A DNA stretch of 64,000 bases, taken from Podarcis erhardii. Taxonomy: Eukaryota. This document shows, piece after piece, positions 34,911 through 48,272 of the stretch (position 1 is its first letter; every line of letters starts with the position of its first letter). The position numbers and the translations under genes are program-made. The DNA is taken from NCBI GenBank assembly GCA_964252035.1, contig OZ176201.1; one strand, written 5' to 3'. The notes beneath the pieces were generated by a model. That model saw only the letters and a list, made by a program, of their open reading frames with translations, was not told the DNA's origin and made no database searches.

Positions 34911-36029
34911 CGTACGACTTCATCAGATGTCAGTGAGTTCTTGTGTTTTCAACATTCTCTCGGAGACTAGGGTACTTAAGACAACGCTCACTAGAGAGGC
35001 AGAGTGAGAGAATGTGTTCGTGTGTGTGCCTGCCCATCAAATGGGAGGTCATTGTATTAACCAGCCAATGACCTCAAGTTAGCTGAGGTCATTTGCCAGG
35101 GCTCCCAACTAGGCTCCCCTGCCAATCTGAGTTGAGGCAGGGGTCAGCCAGAGAGAGGGCATTTAAGGCCGTGGCACCCACATTTTTTGAACTGGCACCT
35201 ACACTGTTATCTTTTTAGCACCAGGCAAAGACTCCCAGGCTTCGCCAATGGCTCGAGGAGGTTTTATGCTGCTTTATATGGTGCTTTTGTCATATTATGA
35301 TGCTGATCTTTATTATTATGAGGTGTTTATTTTGAAAAATAATGATGATGATGCAATTTTGCAAACCAGACTGAAAATTGATGTGGAAAGGTGGTTTAGT
35401 ATTACTGTAATATAATTGATAAACTGTATAAATAAGGTGTGCAATGGCCCCTCCTCTCTTCTCTATCTCTGTCAAATCATGTAAGCAACTGAGAGTGGAG
35501 TTCCTGTGGATTGTTTTGAATTTTACGCTTGGCCTGTGACTGCTCTGAATGCTTTGTAAAAGTGCCTGGAGCCACTGGGGAGAGGGGTTTTTTAAAAATC
35601 TGAATAAATCCATCAGCCTGGTGAGCCACGGAATCCCTGAACTATATACCAAGGAGAAAGTGGGCTTTTAAAGAATTAGGCCAGATGCATATCAGTATCT
35701 CTTCCCCTGCCCCCAATAAGATGTGTGTCACCTCTTCTCCTGCTGTGGAGAGAAAAGGGTGGTGGTAGAAGATTGCTGAGCATCACCAGGCAGATCCTCA
35801 GAGATCATTGGAAAGCAGAGTTGACTCTCCCATGTGTACTTTTCTTGGGGGGGGGGGGCACTTCCAGATGACCTGTTTATTCATTCTAATTTCTTTGTGG
35901 GGAAGTTCAACGATGTTGTGTCAAGGCAATTGTTGCACTACACTTCCTACTGCGTTTCCTTATCTCAGAATGTCCAGTCTTTGCGGGGAAGCAGGTTTCT
36001 AGAGCAAGACCTCCTACCAATGATTATCA

Positions 36030-36200
36030 CAATTATTTATTAAATTTATAGGCTGCCTTTCATCCAAGGATCACAGGGCAATTTGCAATATAAAAATACA
36101 AAGATACATAGTATAGTAACAGACAAAACAACACACCCACACCCCACACAGTTTAATTAGCCAAAGGTCTGATGAAAGAGGAGTGTTTTTGATTGCACCT
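36030..36200 (-). mobile_element. L2 3' tail
   Basis: TTTATTAAATTTATAGGCTGCCTTTCATCCAAGGATCACAGGGCAATTTGC reverse L2 terminus. Confidence 0.6.
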
Positions 36201-37204
36201 TTCAACTATAATAGCACATTGAATCCCACCCAAAAATAGTGACAGGCTAGAAACACTTTTGGTTACTTTTCCTGATTTACCAGGAATGGGAAGGGGAGCC
36301 CACTCCAAGATTCTTCCTTTGTAGTTCTGCATACTTTGGAACACTAAAAAACCAAGGTCCTCCCGAGCAGCTGTTGTAGCATAGCAACCCCCACCCCTGG
36401 CAATGCCTTTCCCAGCCAGCCTGACCTCCCAGCTGGAAGGTTCCTTTTTTATGTGCGCATAAAGTCATTTTAATAAATGTTTAAACACCTCTTGGCACCT
36501 GATACCCCAAGGCCTCTGGGCGCCTTCTCAAAAACCACATTCCTGTAAAGTAGTATGCCATAGTAGAATATAGCCAGAGTTCAGGTCTCTCACCAATTCT
36601 GCTTCTCTGCTCTGGTTTTTGATCAACTCCTAAAATGGTTTCAAGTAGACATGGGAAGAGACCTGTGAGATTGGACCGAAGAGCCATCTGCACAGCATCC
36701 TGCTTCCTTCAGTAGCCAATTCATAGATGCCTGCTGAATAGCCACAAATAAGATCTGAAGGCAACAGCCAGCCACCATTGTTGCCTCCCTTCAGCTGGTA
36801 TTCTGAGGTACACTACTGCTGAATATGGAGTTTCCATTGTCAAAGTCACCGGAAGAGATACAAGCTTGACTAGGAGATTGGCAGTCAACAATCATGGTGG
36901 CTGTCTGTAAAAATGAGTGAAGTGGTATGCTGTCAGACCTCAATGCCTGAGATATATTCAGATCAGCATCCATGTACACACTGTTGAAATGACTTATCAG
37001 GAAAAGAATTATCCAAAACCCAGGTTCTCTCTTTCAAAACGGTAACATAGTGAACTCCTGTAAGACTTGGTTTTCAGCTATGGGAAATGAATGGAAATGA
37101 ATCACCATTATTATACAAATTTATAGACCACAGAATAAAGCTATTGAAGCAATGTACACAATACAAACACCACCACCACCTGGACCTCTACACTCAGCAC
37201 TGAA

Positions 37205-37430
37205 TCCAGGTGTACACCTAAGCTGCAAACATGAGGTTTTAGGGGGAGTTAACCCAATCCAGAGCAGCCTGACTTGCCTTTTGGCTGACCAGGAGCACCT
37301 TTGCCTTGACAGGATTGAGCTTCACTGTGTTAACCTTCATGCAGTCTACTACTGAGATAAGACCCTGGTTTATTACTTGAACAGCTTCCTCAAATTTAGA
37401 TTCAGATCCTTGATGTCCCAACATTCTGAA
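37205..37430 (-). mobile_element. Degraded L2 RT fragment
   Basis: Minus translation VKLNPVKAKVLLVSQKASQAALDWVNSP resembles L2 LKLNPDKTEVLLV. Confidence 0.7.
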
Positions 37431-39529
37431 AACTACCTGCTTCTTTTGCTATGGGCAACATTGTGTAGGATGTTTAAACCTGAGCACTTATTCCCTTCAG
37501 TTTAAAGATCAGGGTATAGATGTGCCCTCCTTTCCATATTTAATAAGCCTGGTAAGTTTTTTTAAAAAACCTATTCTTAGAACATCCGAAAATGAAGCTC
37601 TGAAATCTGAAAGATTTGCAGATTAATTTCATTTTAAGCAGATATGTTTTGTTTGTTGTACTTGCTAGCCCGAAGTTTAATTTCAGCAATGCCTTTATTA
37701 ATGAATAAATGTTTGAATTGCCCTGGAAGGAGAATGAGAAGCTCATCCAGTTTTTTAGCTCTCCAGTGTGTCCTGGAAATGTGGAACATAAGGCCAAAGG
37801 GTTGCTGGTAGCTTCTCAAATCCAGGCCCCAAGATGCTGCAGGCAGGTGCATAACTTTGAGTATTATTGATTATGTCTTCGCTGCACAGGTTTCCACATA
37901 ATGTTCCCTCGAGTTCCCAAAGGCCTATCCCAGCATGCACCGGGCTCAAAGCAAAGTTTGTGATGAGCTCCCGTGAGGGAAAGTTTCTTCTTTGGTTCTT
38001 CTGAATTGCTGAACAGGAACATAGAGGGCACGTCCTCAGAACATAGCAACTCCATCTTCACAAGCTCCTTAGCATGAAACCGATGTACCTCTAAGTCATT
38101 ACACAGGAGGCCATGAAAGGAGGCAAACACTGTTCTGTAATTGCAACACAATCAAACTGAATCACATACTGGCAATCTGCAAGGCATATTTCAATGGCTG
38201 CTTGCATTTCTGAATAGTATCCCTGAACAGGGAGGCGGTCCACTCTGGACATAGGATTGACAGGCAGAGAAGGTGGCATTTCATAGTGTGCCTGTTCTAG
38301 TCTCCTGTGTCTAGAAGTACAGTGGGTGGAGGGCAGGGCTGGCTCACCCATGAGGCAAGGTGAGGGGAATGCCTCAGGTGGTAAAATCCACAGGGGCAGC
38401 AGATCCAGCCTCCATGGAATTCATTGCCTGCTGTTGCTGCTACAGTGGCAGCAACAGCTGTGGCACAGTCCTTGGAGGCTGGATCTGTCATCTCCTTGGC
38501 AGCCCCCCCCCCCCACTGCTTCCACAGCCTCTTGGCAAATAGGAAGCACTGCTGGTCTCCTCCCATCCTTCCTTGTTCCCTATGTAGATTTTTATCCCCC
38601 CCCCCTTGTTCCTTATGTAGATCTTCACTCAGCCCTTCTTCTCAGGCTGGCAATATGAGAACATTTCCTTAACTTCCGTTATGCCATATCTACGCCATAT
38701 ATTTCAAGCACCATTATACCACTTTGATGGCCATGGGTCTCCTTCCTCCAAAGCATCCTGGGAACTGTAGTTTGCTAAAGGAGCTGAAAATTATCACCAT
38801 GTGAGGTATAAACTACAGCTCCCAGAATTCTTTGGAGAGGTTATCTCTTTGAAACTGGTCTAACAGTGCTACAGGAGTGGGCAATAAGGAGAGTACCCAC
38901 ATTGTCTGGGCAGCTGGACCAGTCTCCCTTTATTCCTGCACTGTGCAAGAAGGTAAGGAGTCACTCAGTTGCCAAGGCAATGCGTTAACATTTCCTCATC
39001 TCCTAGTGTGCTGCAGCTCAGGAAGAGATGGAAGCATTCCTTTGTTGCCTAGGCAATGCAGAGATGTACCCTTTCCCCTACAATAGGTGAACCCCATAGA
39101 TCTTCATGGAACTTCCCCAAGAATCACTGAAAACTCAGCCTCTCAGCCTGCAGATTAGGCTAGGAAGTTAAGGGCTGTGTTTTGGCTCAACTCTCTTCTC
39201 CACAGACAAGGGTGGGTCCAGTATTTTCAACACTTGAGAAGGTTTGGACAGAGGTTTCTAATAAAGAACTGCTTTGATACCTGTCTCTGGAAGTCAGCTA
39301 CAGGAGACTTGCCAGACTGTAGGTACCTCCAGATCTGGATCATTAATGGGAAATGCGCCCGAACCCCACAGCATACAAAAAGGAAGGCTAACTTTTCTAA
39401 AGTTTGGCATCCATTTATTGAAAGTAAAGCAACATGACTGCAGCCACCCTTTTTTCATGGATTCCTTTGGAAAACCATTCTTGGATAATATGCTCATGAA
39501 GGACAATTGTCTGGAACTATACAGTAGAT

Positions 39530-39897
39530 GCTTTTGAATTATGGTGCTGGAGGAGACTCTTGAGAGTCCCATAGACTGCAAGAAGATCAAACCTATCCAT
39601 TCTGAAGGAAATCAGTCCTGAGTGCTCACTGGAAGGACAGATCATGAAACTGAGGCTCCAATACTTTCACCACCTCATGAGAAGAGAAGACTCCCTGGAA
39701 AAGACCCTGATGTTGGGAAAGATGGAGGGCACAAGGAGAAGGGGATGACAGAGGACGAGATGGTTGGATAGTGTTCTCAAAGCTACCAGTATGAGTTTGA
39801 CCAAACTGCGGGAGGCAGTGGAAGACAGACGTGCCTGGTGTGCTTTGGTCCATGGGGTCACGAAGAGTCGGACACGACTAAACGACTAAACAACAAC
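39530..39897 (+). mobile_element. Bov-B (RTE) LINE 3' fragment
   Basis: AFELWCWRRLLRVP...EDSLEKTLMLGKMEG...VHGVTKSRTRLND, (CAA)n tail, 11-bp TSD ATACAGTAGAT (39519-39529, 39898-39908). Confidence 0.95.
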
Positions 39898-40162
39898 ATA
39901 CAGTAGATAACATTTAACTTGTGTGCATTCAGCTTTACACACTTGGAATTAAAATTAAAATAAGGGGGCAGTAAGGGGGTGGGCATCTGGGGAAAAAGAC
40001 TTTGGCAATTCCACCCATCATTGTACCCAATGTGTTTTGACTATACATGGTTTTAGCTTAATGCACTGTCCCTGGAATGACCAAAATAAAAATTACAATT
40101 ATGAAAAAAGAGAGGGCTTGGAATATCCCCACATATAAAGCTCTCTTGAGGGAAGAGAGACT

Positions 40163-40300
40163 CATAAGAACATAGGAGTCCTGCTGGACCAAGCCAAACA
40201 CCCTTCTATTTGAGCATCCTGTTCTAACAGGGCTCACAATGGGAAGCCTGCAAGCAGGACTCATCTTGGGTGCGGAAATAAGAGTCCATTCCCCCCCCCC
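40163..40300 (-). mobile_element. CR1 3' tail fragment
   Basis: ATAAGAACATAGGAGTCCTGCTGGACCAAGCC...GCATCCTGTTCT. Confidence 0.65.
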
Positions 40301-41335
40301 CCAGAGAATTGGCTTTCCTTTCAATTACCTGGAGCTAGAAGTGTGTTCCTCCATTTCCCAGAGTACCATGCAGCAAATCCTCCCATCTAGATGTCATGTA
40401 TCAGAAGAGGAACACCATTCTCAATTGATATGGGGAGTTTCTTCATCACATCTGTTGGGAAATGGTCCAAAATAACACTGATGGTAAACAGTACGCTCCT
40501 TATGCCTCCGGCATGTGCCAGGCCTGCAATGTTTATTTATTTATAATTTTATTTATAAAAGTATTTATATTCCACAGTATCATAAAAAATATAGCACAAC
40601 ACTTTACAAAACAATGTAAAAGCATAATGCTGAGCTCCTTAGAGGAAAGAAACGTAATGCAATAATAATAAATATTATCTGAATGCATGCAAGCTCTCTC
40701 CGGGGAATCTGTACCCTTCAATCCTATCCGTGATACTTCAAGATGAAGAAGTGGTTGTATGAATGGACACAAAAAGGAAACTGAATCTGGTGGGAGAGAG
40801 CATCAGCAATATCAGGTGTGTGTTGATGAACTGGAGATTTATAGAAGGAACTGCAGGTGGGCAGAGCTGTGGCAAAGGAAGGGCTAAGATCAAGGTAGAC
40901 GTTTATGAGACAGATGCACCTGGTTAAGAGTGAGCATTTGTGACAGGGCACTTTCTTAACAACTGCTTTTGTTTTTTTATGTTGCAGAGAGACTAAAGGC
41001 TTTGTAAGCGGCAGAGAAACATGCTGTATTTTATTGCAGGCTGTTCAATAGCTGCTTTTTATTTTATGGCTTATTAAGTGATTTAATTTACCCTGGGCCG
41101 TTTGCTAATCGCCTCCATGACTTGGCAGAGATTGTGCTATGCTGAGCATTCCCTGTTGCTCAGGCAATTGCAGCACCTCCCTGCCCCCCTGCACTTTGCC
41201 CAGCCTCCCCATGTTTCCTGGGGGAAGCTGTGTCTGAACTGGGGAGGCGACGTCAGAGTTCTGAGCCAGAGTTAGGAGTAATTTCCCAGTGAATCCTGGT
41301 GAGGGTTAAAGCGAAAGGGTTTTCTTCAACCACCA

Positions 41336-41417
41336 TTTACTCAGAGCAGACCCATTGAAATAAATGACCACGAACTAACTTAGGTCTGTTTACTTTGATG
41401 GGTCTACTCTGAGTAAA
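41336..41417. mobile_element. Palindromic MITE-like hairpin element
   Basis: Arms TTTACTCAGAGCAGACCCATTGAA / TTTGATGGGTCTACTCTGAGTAAA; related copies near 4025-4200 and 53520-53600. Confidence 0.75.
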
Positions 41418-41779
41418 GGTTAGTTGACTATTAGCCAGAGTTACAGCCAGAAGAGGGGCCTCTTTGAACAAGAAATTTATAACACAGAGTCCAGCTCAGT
41501 CATTCTTCCATACATATGATGAACAATGCCCTATGCCTGCAGGGATGTTTGAAAATGGGCTTCTCTGCATGGGCCTCTTTGCAGGACATCACACTCAATT
41601 CATGAAATTCCCAGGGTACTGTCCTTCTCTCCCCTGCCCCATGAATTTATTGTACAAGTGGAAAAATGAATGAATAGGGCTTATGAAGGGCAGAATGCAG
41701 AAACCACACCTACATCACCTTCTGGTTGGTTTTAAAAGGTAGCATGGGGGAAGGTTGTCCTTGACCCTCAAGTGAAAAG

Positions 41780-41870
41780 TCAGTATGGTGTAGTGGTTAA
41801 AGCACCCAGGATACTGGGATCCAAATCCTCTCTCAGCCATGAACTCACCTGGTGACCTTAGCGTCAGTCC
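41780..41870 (+). mobile_element. MIR-like SINE head
   Basis: CAGTATGGTGTAGTGGTTAAAGCA...AAATCCTCTCTCAGCCATGAACTCAC.TGGTGACCTT. Confidence 0.65.
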
Positions 41871-41884
41871 ATGTATGCCACCTT

Positions 41885-42560
41885 GAGCTCTGCTTTGGGT
41901 GGGGTTGCACTCCATCTGAAACAGTTGGTAAGCAGTATGTGGTACTCCTAGATCCAGCCTCACCATTCGAGGCTCAGGTAACCTTGTCAGCATGGAGTAT
42001 CTTTTACCAGCTTCAGTCAGCTGTGGCCATTCTGGACCATGATTGTCTGGGCACAATGATCTCTTCTATGGTAACCTCCCAGCTGGATTACAGCATTGCA
42101 TTATGAGCTGCTCAGAAGCTTCAGGGTTCAGCTGCCAGAATTATGATCCGTACACCTAGGTTCACTCATATTGCACCAATTTTAAAAGAATTTCACAGGC
42201 TGCCTGTTGTGCTTCTAGCCCCAATATCAGCGGCTGGTATTTACCTTTAAAGCCCTAACAGATTGGAACCCAGATCCTTCAAGGAGTGCCTCTTTCCTTA
42301 CCAATCTGCCTGTGACTTAAGAACTTCTACTGAATCCCTGCTCCAGTTGCTATCTCCATCTGAAATGTGTAATTCAACCAGAAGGGATAAGATTTCCCTG
42401 CAGTGGCACCCTGGCTTTGGCTCCACCCACTTCCAGGGGCTCACTTAGTGCCTAAGTTGGTCCTTCTGGTGCCAGGCTAAAATATTTGCATTGTCTTTGA
42501 TTCAGCCTGCATAATTGCTATCTTTTAGCATTTTTATAATTGTATAAAAATCCACGCGCA
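41885..42560 (+). mobile_element. Old L2 3' portion
   Basis: Degraded ...MVTSQLDYSIAL..., CAGAAGCTTCAG...GCAGCTGCCAGA and TTTACCTTTAAAGCCCT motifs of L2 ORF2. Confidence 0.75.
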
Positions 42561-42625
42561 CACACACCAGCTTTGGAATCTGAACTCGGTGAAGATAAGT
42601 CAATAAACATTTTAATAAATTACAC

Positions 42626-42675
<50 letters not shown>
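42626..42675. repeat. Compound (TG)n(AG)n microsatellite
   Basis: TG array directly followed by an AG array. Confidence 0.95.
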
Positions 42676-42679
<4 letters not shown>

Positions 42680-42914
42680 AGAACAAAGACATCTGTTTTG
42701 TTATGGGTACAATGCTAGGAAGTCACCACTTGTGCTTGGATTTTCAGCAGATATTCATCAGCTTGATACACAAGGAAACACCTCTGTGTGTGGTCACCAT
42801 ATGTGAAGAACTGCATGTGATTTTCATGCAGCCTTTCAGCACAGAGGCACTTTCCATGTCAGAAATGTGTAAATGTTTGAAATTGTTAGGCTGCAGGCCC
42901 AAATTGCCCTGTCC

Positions 42915-43053
42915 CAGAAATGGGGAACCTGAGAACCTCCAGCTGATGTTGGATTACAACTCGCATCATGCCAAAGTATTGACCATGGTGACTGGGGCTG
43001 ATGGGAGTTGGAGTTTGACAACACCTGGAAAGATCACAGATTCCTCATCCCTG
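42915..43053. mobile_element. hAT MITE (palindromic CAGGG family)
   Basis: CAGAAATGGGGAACC ... GATTCCTCATCCCTG with palindromic core; TSD degenerate (5/8). Confidence 0.7.
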
Positions 43054-43286
43054 CATTATCCCAATGGTGGAATGAGTCATCCTTAGGGAATCAGGCTTTA
43101 AAAAACATTGAGGACAGCCGCCGCCCCCCCTTGTGGTCAGCAAGGGACTTGAGAGTGTACTGGTTACAGACAGTCCAGCTGCAGAGTAATGCTTTGGCCA
43201 CATCATATTGGCATGGATCAGTACTAGGCACAGAATTGCACATTATATCCATTAGTCTCCCTCTCTCTCTTTAGATTCATTCATCC

Positions 43287-43288
<2 letters not shown>

Positions 43289-43333
<45 letters not shown>
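43289..43333. repeat. (CA)n microsatellite
   Basis: Perfect CA array. Confidence 0.95.
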
Positions 43334-43335
<2 letters not shown>

Positions 43336-46272
43336 ACCTGCAGCGGATGAGGCTTCATTTTGAAGCAGAAGAGCAAAGGGATGGGGAAGAATTTCTGAAC
43401 TGTTTTCCCTTGAGCCATTATTTCTTTCTTTTTTGGCTGGGAATTGCTCATGCACACAGTGAAAAGATACAGGTACCACTCGGTTGGCACAAAAGGAAGT
43501 GTTTGGCTCTCAGCTGTTATTGCAGGTGTCGTGCTGACTCCAAAAGCCTGCCTTTGCATGGTAATGTTTTCAGCAATGAGTTTGCATTTACAAGGTACCA
43601 GGAATATCAGGCATGCTGAGGGTAGGTAGGGATAGTGGAGGGGGCTTCACCTAACATAAACCGCCTAATGTAATTACAGGAGCACCTGGGGGTCTCTTGC
43701 AAAGAAAGTGGGCAAATAAATGCCAGGGGGCAGTTAGGTCAGCATGACTAGCTGCTTGTAGTAAGCTGGCTAGCTAGGTTGGTGCTTCTTTCCGTCTTTC
43801 CTGCTCTGAGATCATTCACAAGCCAATTAGACTTGTCTTTGGATATACATGTTGCCATTTAAATGTCAGATTTTGTAACCTGCCAAATAATTTGGGTTCA
43901 CCTTAAAAAAAAAAAGTCCTCAGAGATGTAGATATATCTTTAAGATATATTTTAAATCTTAAATTCGCTCTCCTGTGGGATTATTTATATATAAATACCT
44001 TTTCACTGGTCTTTCTTCACTCACATTCCCACCTTCTCACACAAAGCCAGCCCAGGGGACTATCAAACAGAGGATTATTGCCTCTTTTGATGTTATTCTA
44101 AACGATAAAAAAATTAAATTTAACCATTTTGCAGCTAAGCATTTTGCAGCTAGCATAGCTTTCCAGAATTTGATGCCCTCCAGATGTTTTGCACTAAGAA
44201 ATCTCTGGTGGGATTTGTAGTTCAAAACATCTGGCGGGTACCAGGTTGCTCTACTAACATGAGACTATTGGGGGTGGGGGAAAGCTGTAGGAGAGATGGG
44301 CTAATTGGGGCAAAGGGGGGGAAGGAGAATAAATTGTATGTGATGAACTTAGGTAGCTGTTTAAAACAACAACACTCAGAGCTACCAAGGTGGCCTATGA
44401 ATATGTGTGATGAACATATCTGAAGGATAAAGAAAGCATCAAAATATATGGGGTGGCTGGTGGTACTGACTTGTTTTTTTGTTCTGCTGTCAAGCTAACT
44501 GGACCAAGTTTATTGTGGAAAATGCTGCTCAGGTGATACCTCTTTGGGATCCAGACAGCTTCTCTGTGAGAGAGGGAGGGAGGGAGAAAGAGGGAGAGAG
44601 GAGGAGATAGAGAGTGCCAGCAGCTTTTCAAACCAAAGTGACTCAGATACTGCTTTTTTTTCTCTCCTCATGATGCTTTTACAGAAATTAAAAAGCTCTA
44701 ATCAATTCAGAACAGAAGCTTTTTCTCTCCCTTGGAATAAATTCTCATTCTGTTCCCCGCACAACGCACTAAAAACCCAGGGCACTGGCTGCCTGTCAAT
44801 GCAGCAGCAACTGGAGCCTTTTCTTCTGTCCCCACATTTCGTACTTCTATTGCGCCTTTTATCTCTCCCTGGCTCTTACATATCTATAAGTTATTTAATC
44901 AAGCTTTACATTGCAGATCTCAGTGAATTATTACACAGCAGTGGTTTTAAATTGGCCTGACTAGAGGCGAGTTAACAATTTTTGAGACCTTGGGCATGAA
45001 AAACCTGGGGATATATAAAGAAGATTTAAATCTTTCAGGGAAGCTCACTGGGAGGAACTTGGGAGAATCCATCACCTGAACCAACAAGACAAACAGTATC
45101 ACCTCCCGTACTTTTTTATTTCAAATCAGTGGATTGGTGAGCTGTTCTTTTGACATTTTTGGACCTATGATGTCTTAAAATAAAAGGTAACCTTTATGTG
45201 ATAAGATGTGAACCTCAAGTAGGTGTCAGCACTTGAAATAATGGATACCTTATGATGTTAGCAGAGGGCAATGAAAACACCAATCTAATATTTTGACTGT
45301 GTTGCTTTTGTGGCCAGAGCTGCCTAAGACAGAGTTGTTTTTCCATGTTGCACCAGGGCAAGGCACTCAAGAAAAGTCAAATGTTCTAAATGGAAAGCCC
45401 TCCTCAAACACTAGCTGTATCAATGCTTTATAAAACTGTTAATATGTTATTTAAATGTCAGTTCTTTATTAAGTGTGTAGATTTTTTGAGGTTTAATAAC
45501 CATGTAATTGATGGCATCTATTCCACTGCTAAACCTTGGCAAATATGTTTCCATAATTAGTTGGTATTTATTTAACATCCCATTAAATTTAATGATTTCG
45601 ATTAATAGGTACATAGGGGCTTTATTTTTAATGTCAATATGAATTCCTAAAGATGATTCCTGATAGCCTGCGCTCAGGAAGCTTAATTGCCTAGGAAGCT
45701 ATCGAGAGCAGAGGTCAGGCAGTAAAACCAAACTAGCTATACATCCAATTGGTGCTTGGATGGAGAGACATTCTAGGATCTCCTGCCTCTTAAAGAAAGA
45801 GCAGGTGTGCATAATTCAGTGGGCAATGATATTTGCTTTGACATGAGCTCCATTTAGCTCTTCCCCTGAGCGCACCGTTTATAAGGTGTGGACTGCTAAA
45901 TGTTTTACCAGGCTTCTAAAATGTTAACCTTAATAGCATTGCAATGCAATAAATGTAGTAATGATATTTATATGGTTTCCCCTCCTCTATATTGTAGTTG
46001 TGTAGTTAATGTTCCAGGCCACAGTCCAGTTAAAGTTAAGCGCTGCTAATCCCCACTGATTTCAGAAACTGCTCACTTGTAAGGGGGTCATCATGCTTGG
46101 AACTCGTGCACTCAACTGGTGGATGTCAGGGCAACACGTGACATTAACAACGCAAGTCCACCCTCCAAGTGGATAATTATCCACTTCCATAAGTGTGAGG
46201 GCAACTGTGCCCAGAAGTGGGAAGAGGCAAGTCAAGACTAAAGAAGGCAAACCTTAGAAATGGTTTAGAATA

Positions 46273-46515
46273 CAGTCGTACCTTGGATCCTTTGTGAGTC
46301 AAATGTTTTGGCTCCCGAACGCCACAAACCCAGAAGTGAGTGTTTCAGTTTGCGAACATTCTTTGGAACCTGAACGTCCAACACGACTTCTGCGGCTTCT
46401 GATTGGCTGCAGCAGCTTCCTGCAGCCAATCAGAAGCTGTACTTTGGTTTCCAAATGTTTTGGAAGTTGAACAAACTTCTGGAATGGATTCCGTTCGACA
46501 TCCAAGGTACCACTG
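46273..46515. mobile_element. Tc1/mariner (pogo/Tigger-like) MITE
   Basis: TIRs CAGTCGTACCTTGGA / TCCAAGGTACCACTG, TA TSD on both sides, internal 18-bp palindrome. Confidence 0.9.
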
Positions 46516-46648
46516 TACTAAGAAGCTATCCTTTTATTGTACGTTTTTGCCTACATATATAGTGAAGAAATTAATCACTTTTGAGAACCTCTCAACAGAA
46601 TTTCAGAGCCAGGTATTAGCTTTCTCTGGTAAATTTAGCCCTTAGATT

Positions 46649-46650
<2 letters not shown>

Positions 46651-46690
<40 letters not shown>
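46651..46690. repeat. (ATT)n microsatellite
   Basis: Perfect ATT array. Confidence 0.95.
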
Positions 46691-47640
46691 GCCCAATACC
46701 TACACTGACTGGATGGAATTGTCCAAGGTCTCATGCAAAGGGCTTTCCCAACTCTGTAGAGGTCCTGCATGTGCTGGTTCTGCTGAGTTACCACAGCCCT
46801 TCCCCATGCTCTGATGAACCTGGGTTGCTTCCGCACTACCTCTACCCACAGCTGCAAGGGAAATATTTGAGTGTGATTTGTCCCCCACATCCTTAAAACC
46901 ATTCATCATTTATGTAACAGCCACATGTTTTATGATTTGGTTAAAAAGAGGGGGATTAATAGGTTAGGGGGCAGTAATGAGAGACGTACCTTGTATTTTG
47001 AATGCATGCAGGATGGGGGTGACACACAAAATGGGGCACAAGGCAACGAGGTGATGAGTATAGTAGTTTTGCAAAGTTGCCTCTGCTTTAATGGACTTAT
47101 TGATCTTGTGTGTGTCAGGACATAATTTAGAATCAATCCTCCAGAGCCAATTAAAGGTCCTTCTAACAAAGTAAAATCCTAGTTTTATTAAGGTTTTCCC
47201 CTACACACAAGAGTCTCTATTTATACAGAGTATCCCAAATGAAGCACTACCTACATCTGACCCTCTAATCTCTGGTGTCTGTCCTATGGCTCTAGATACA
47301 GAGTTTTGATGAGCTAGCAGCAAATGGGGTTCAGCAATATTGGGCCACTCCTTATACTCCACCTTACCAGCCAAGACTGAGAAGCCTGGACATCAAGGGA
47401 TGACAGTTATGCCCACATCAGTGAGTACAAGAGGGAGGTCCTTTCATCTGGGCAGCCCAGGACCTCCATACACACTGCCCAGACTTGCACCCTGGGGAAG
47501 TCACTTTAGTGCTGTCAGTGCAGTGGTTTGACCTCATCCCCAAAAACTTTATGAATGGCCTTTTCCCAACTAACTGGAGATATGATGAAATAATTCCATT
47601 CAATAGAAAACCTTTAAATCTAGTGAATCATCCTTTAAAC

Positions 47641-47769
47641 TGAGGTTGGGAAACCTTCATCTCTCCAGATGTCATTGGATTGTGACTGCCACCATCCCTT
47701 ACCTTGGTCCATGCTGACTTGAAGTTGGAGTCCAACAACATCTGGAGAGCCGCAGGTTCCCCCTCCCTG
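47641..47769. mobile_element. hAT MITE (palindromic CAGGG family)
   Basis: Ends GAGGTTGGGAAACC / GGTTCCCCCTCCCTG; TSD CTTTAAAC / CTTTACAC. Confidence 0.75.
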
Positions 47770-48272
47770 CTTTACACCAGCTGGAACAATCTTCTAATTC
47801 TCTTGCGACCTGTAAACCCTCACTATTAATAACTGAAGCCAAGGGCGAAATTTCTGGTGCTGTGAAGTATTTATGCTTCTCTCATATTTTAACCAATAAA
47901 TCGCTGATTTCTTTTCTTTGTACTTTTCTTTGTTCTTGTTTAGTAGACCAAATCCAATCTGCTAATGGGACATCAACTCCCATCTGTTCAGTCAGCCAAG
48001 CTGCCAGAACAACTTGACTGGCTTTGGGTACTAAGCACCTAGGCTGGGGATGGTATCATTTGCTGTTCTGCCTCAGGCAGCAAAATGTCTTTGGCTGGCC
48101 CTGTCTTGTATGAATACAGTCCATGCTTATCCATCTCACTGGCATAAATTGTTTTACTCCAATACCAGTTAAGCCAGTGTGGTCTAGTAACACTGTAATT
48201 TGCCCAGGTTCAACCAGTCACTTTGTATTCTTGGAGTGGCCTTGGACAAATGACTACCTCTATCCTATAGTT

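Noticed and set aside
38571-38622. 19-bp direct repeat CCTTGTTCC(C/T)TATGTAGAT
   Set aside because: Simple local slippage duplication around a C-run; not an array or an element.
43724-43736. CTCF-like CCAGGGGGCAG (also ACTAGAGGGGGCAG near 24775)
   Set aside because: Only the 3' part of the motif matches; not distinguishable from chance without ChIP data.
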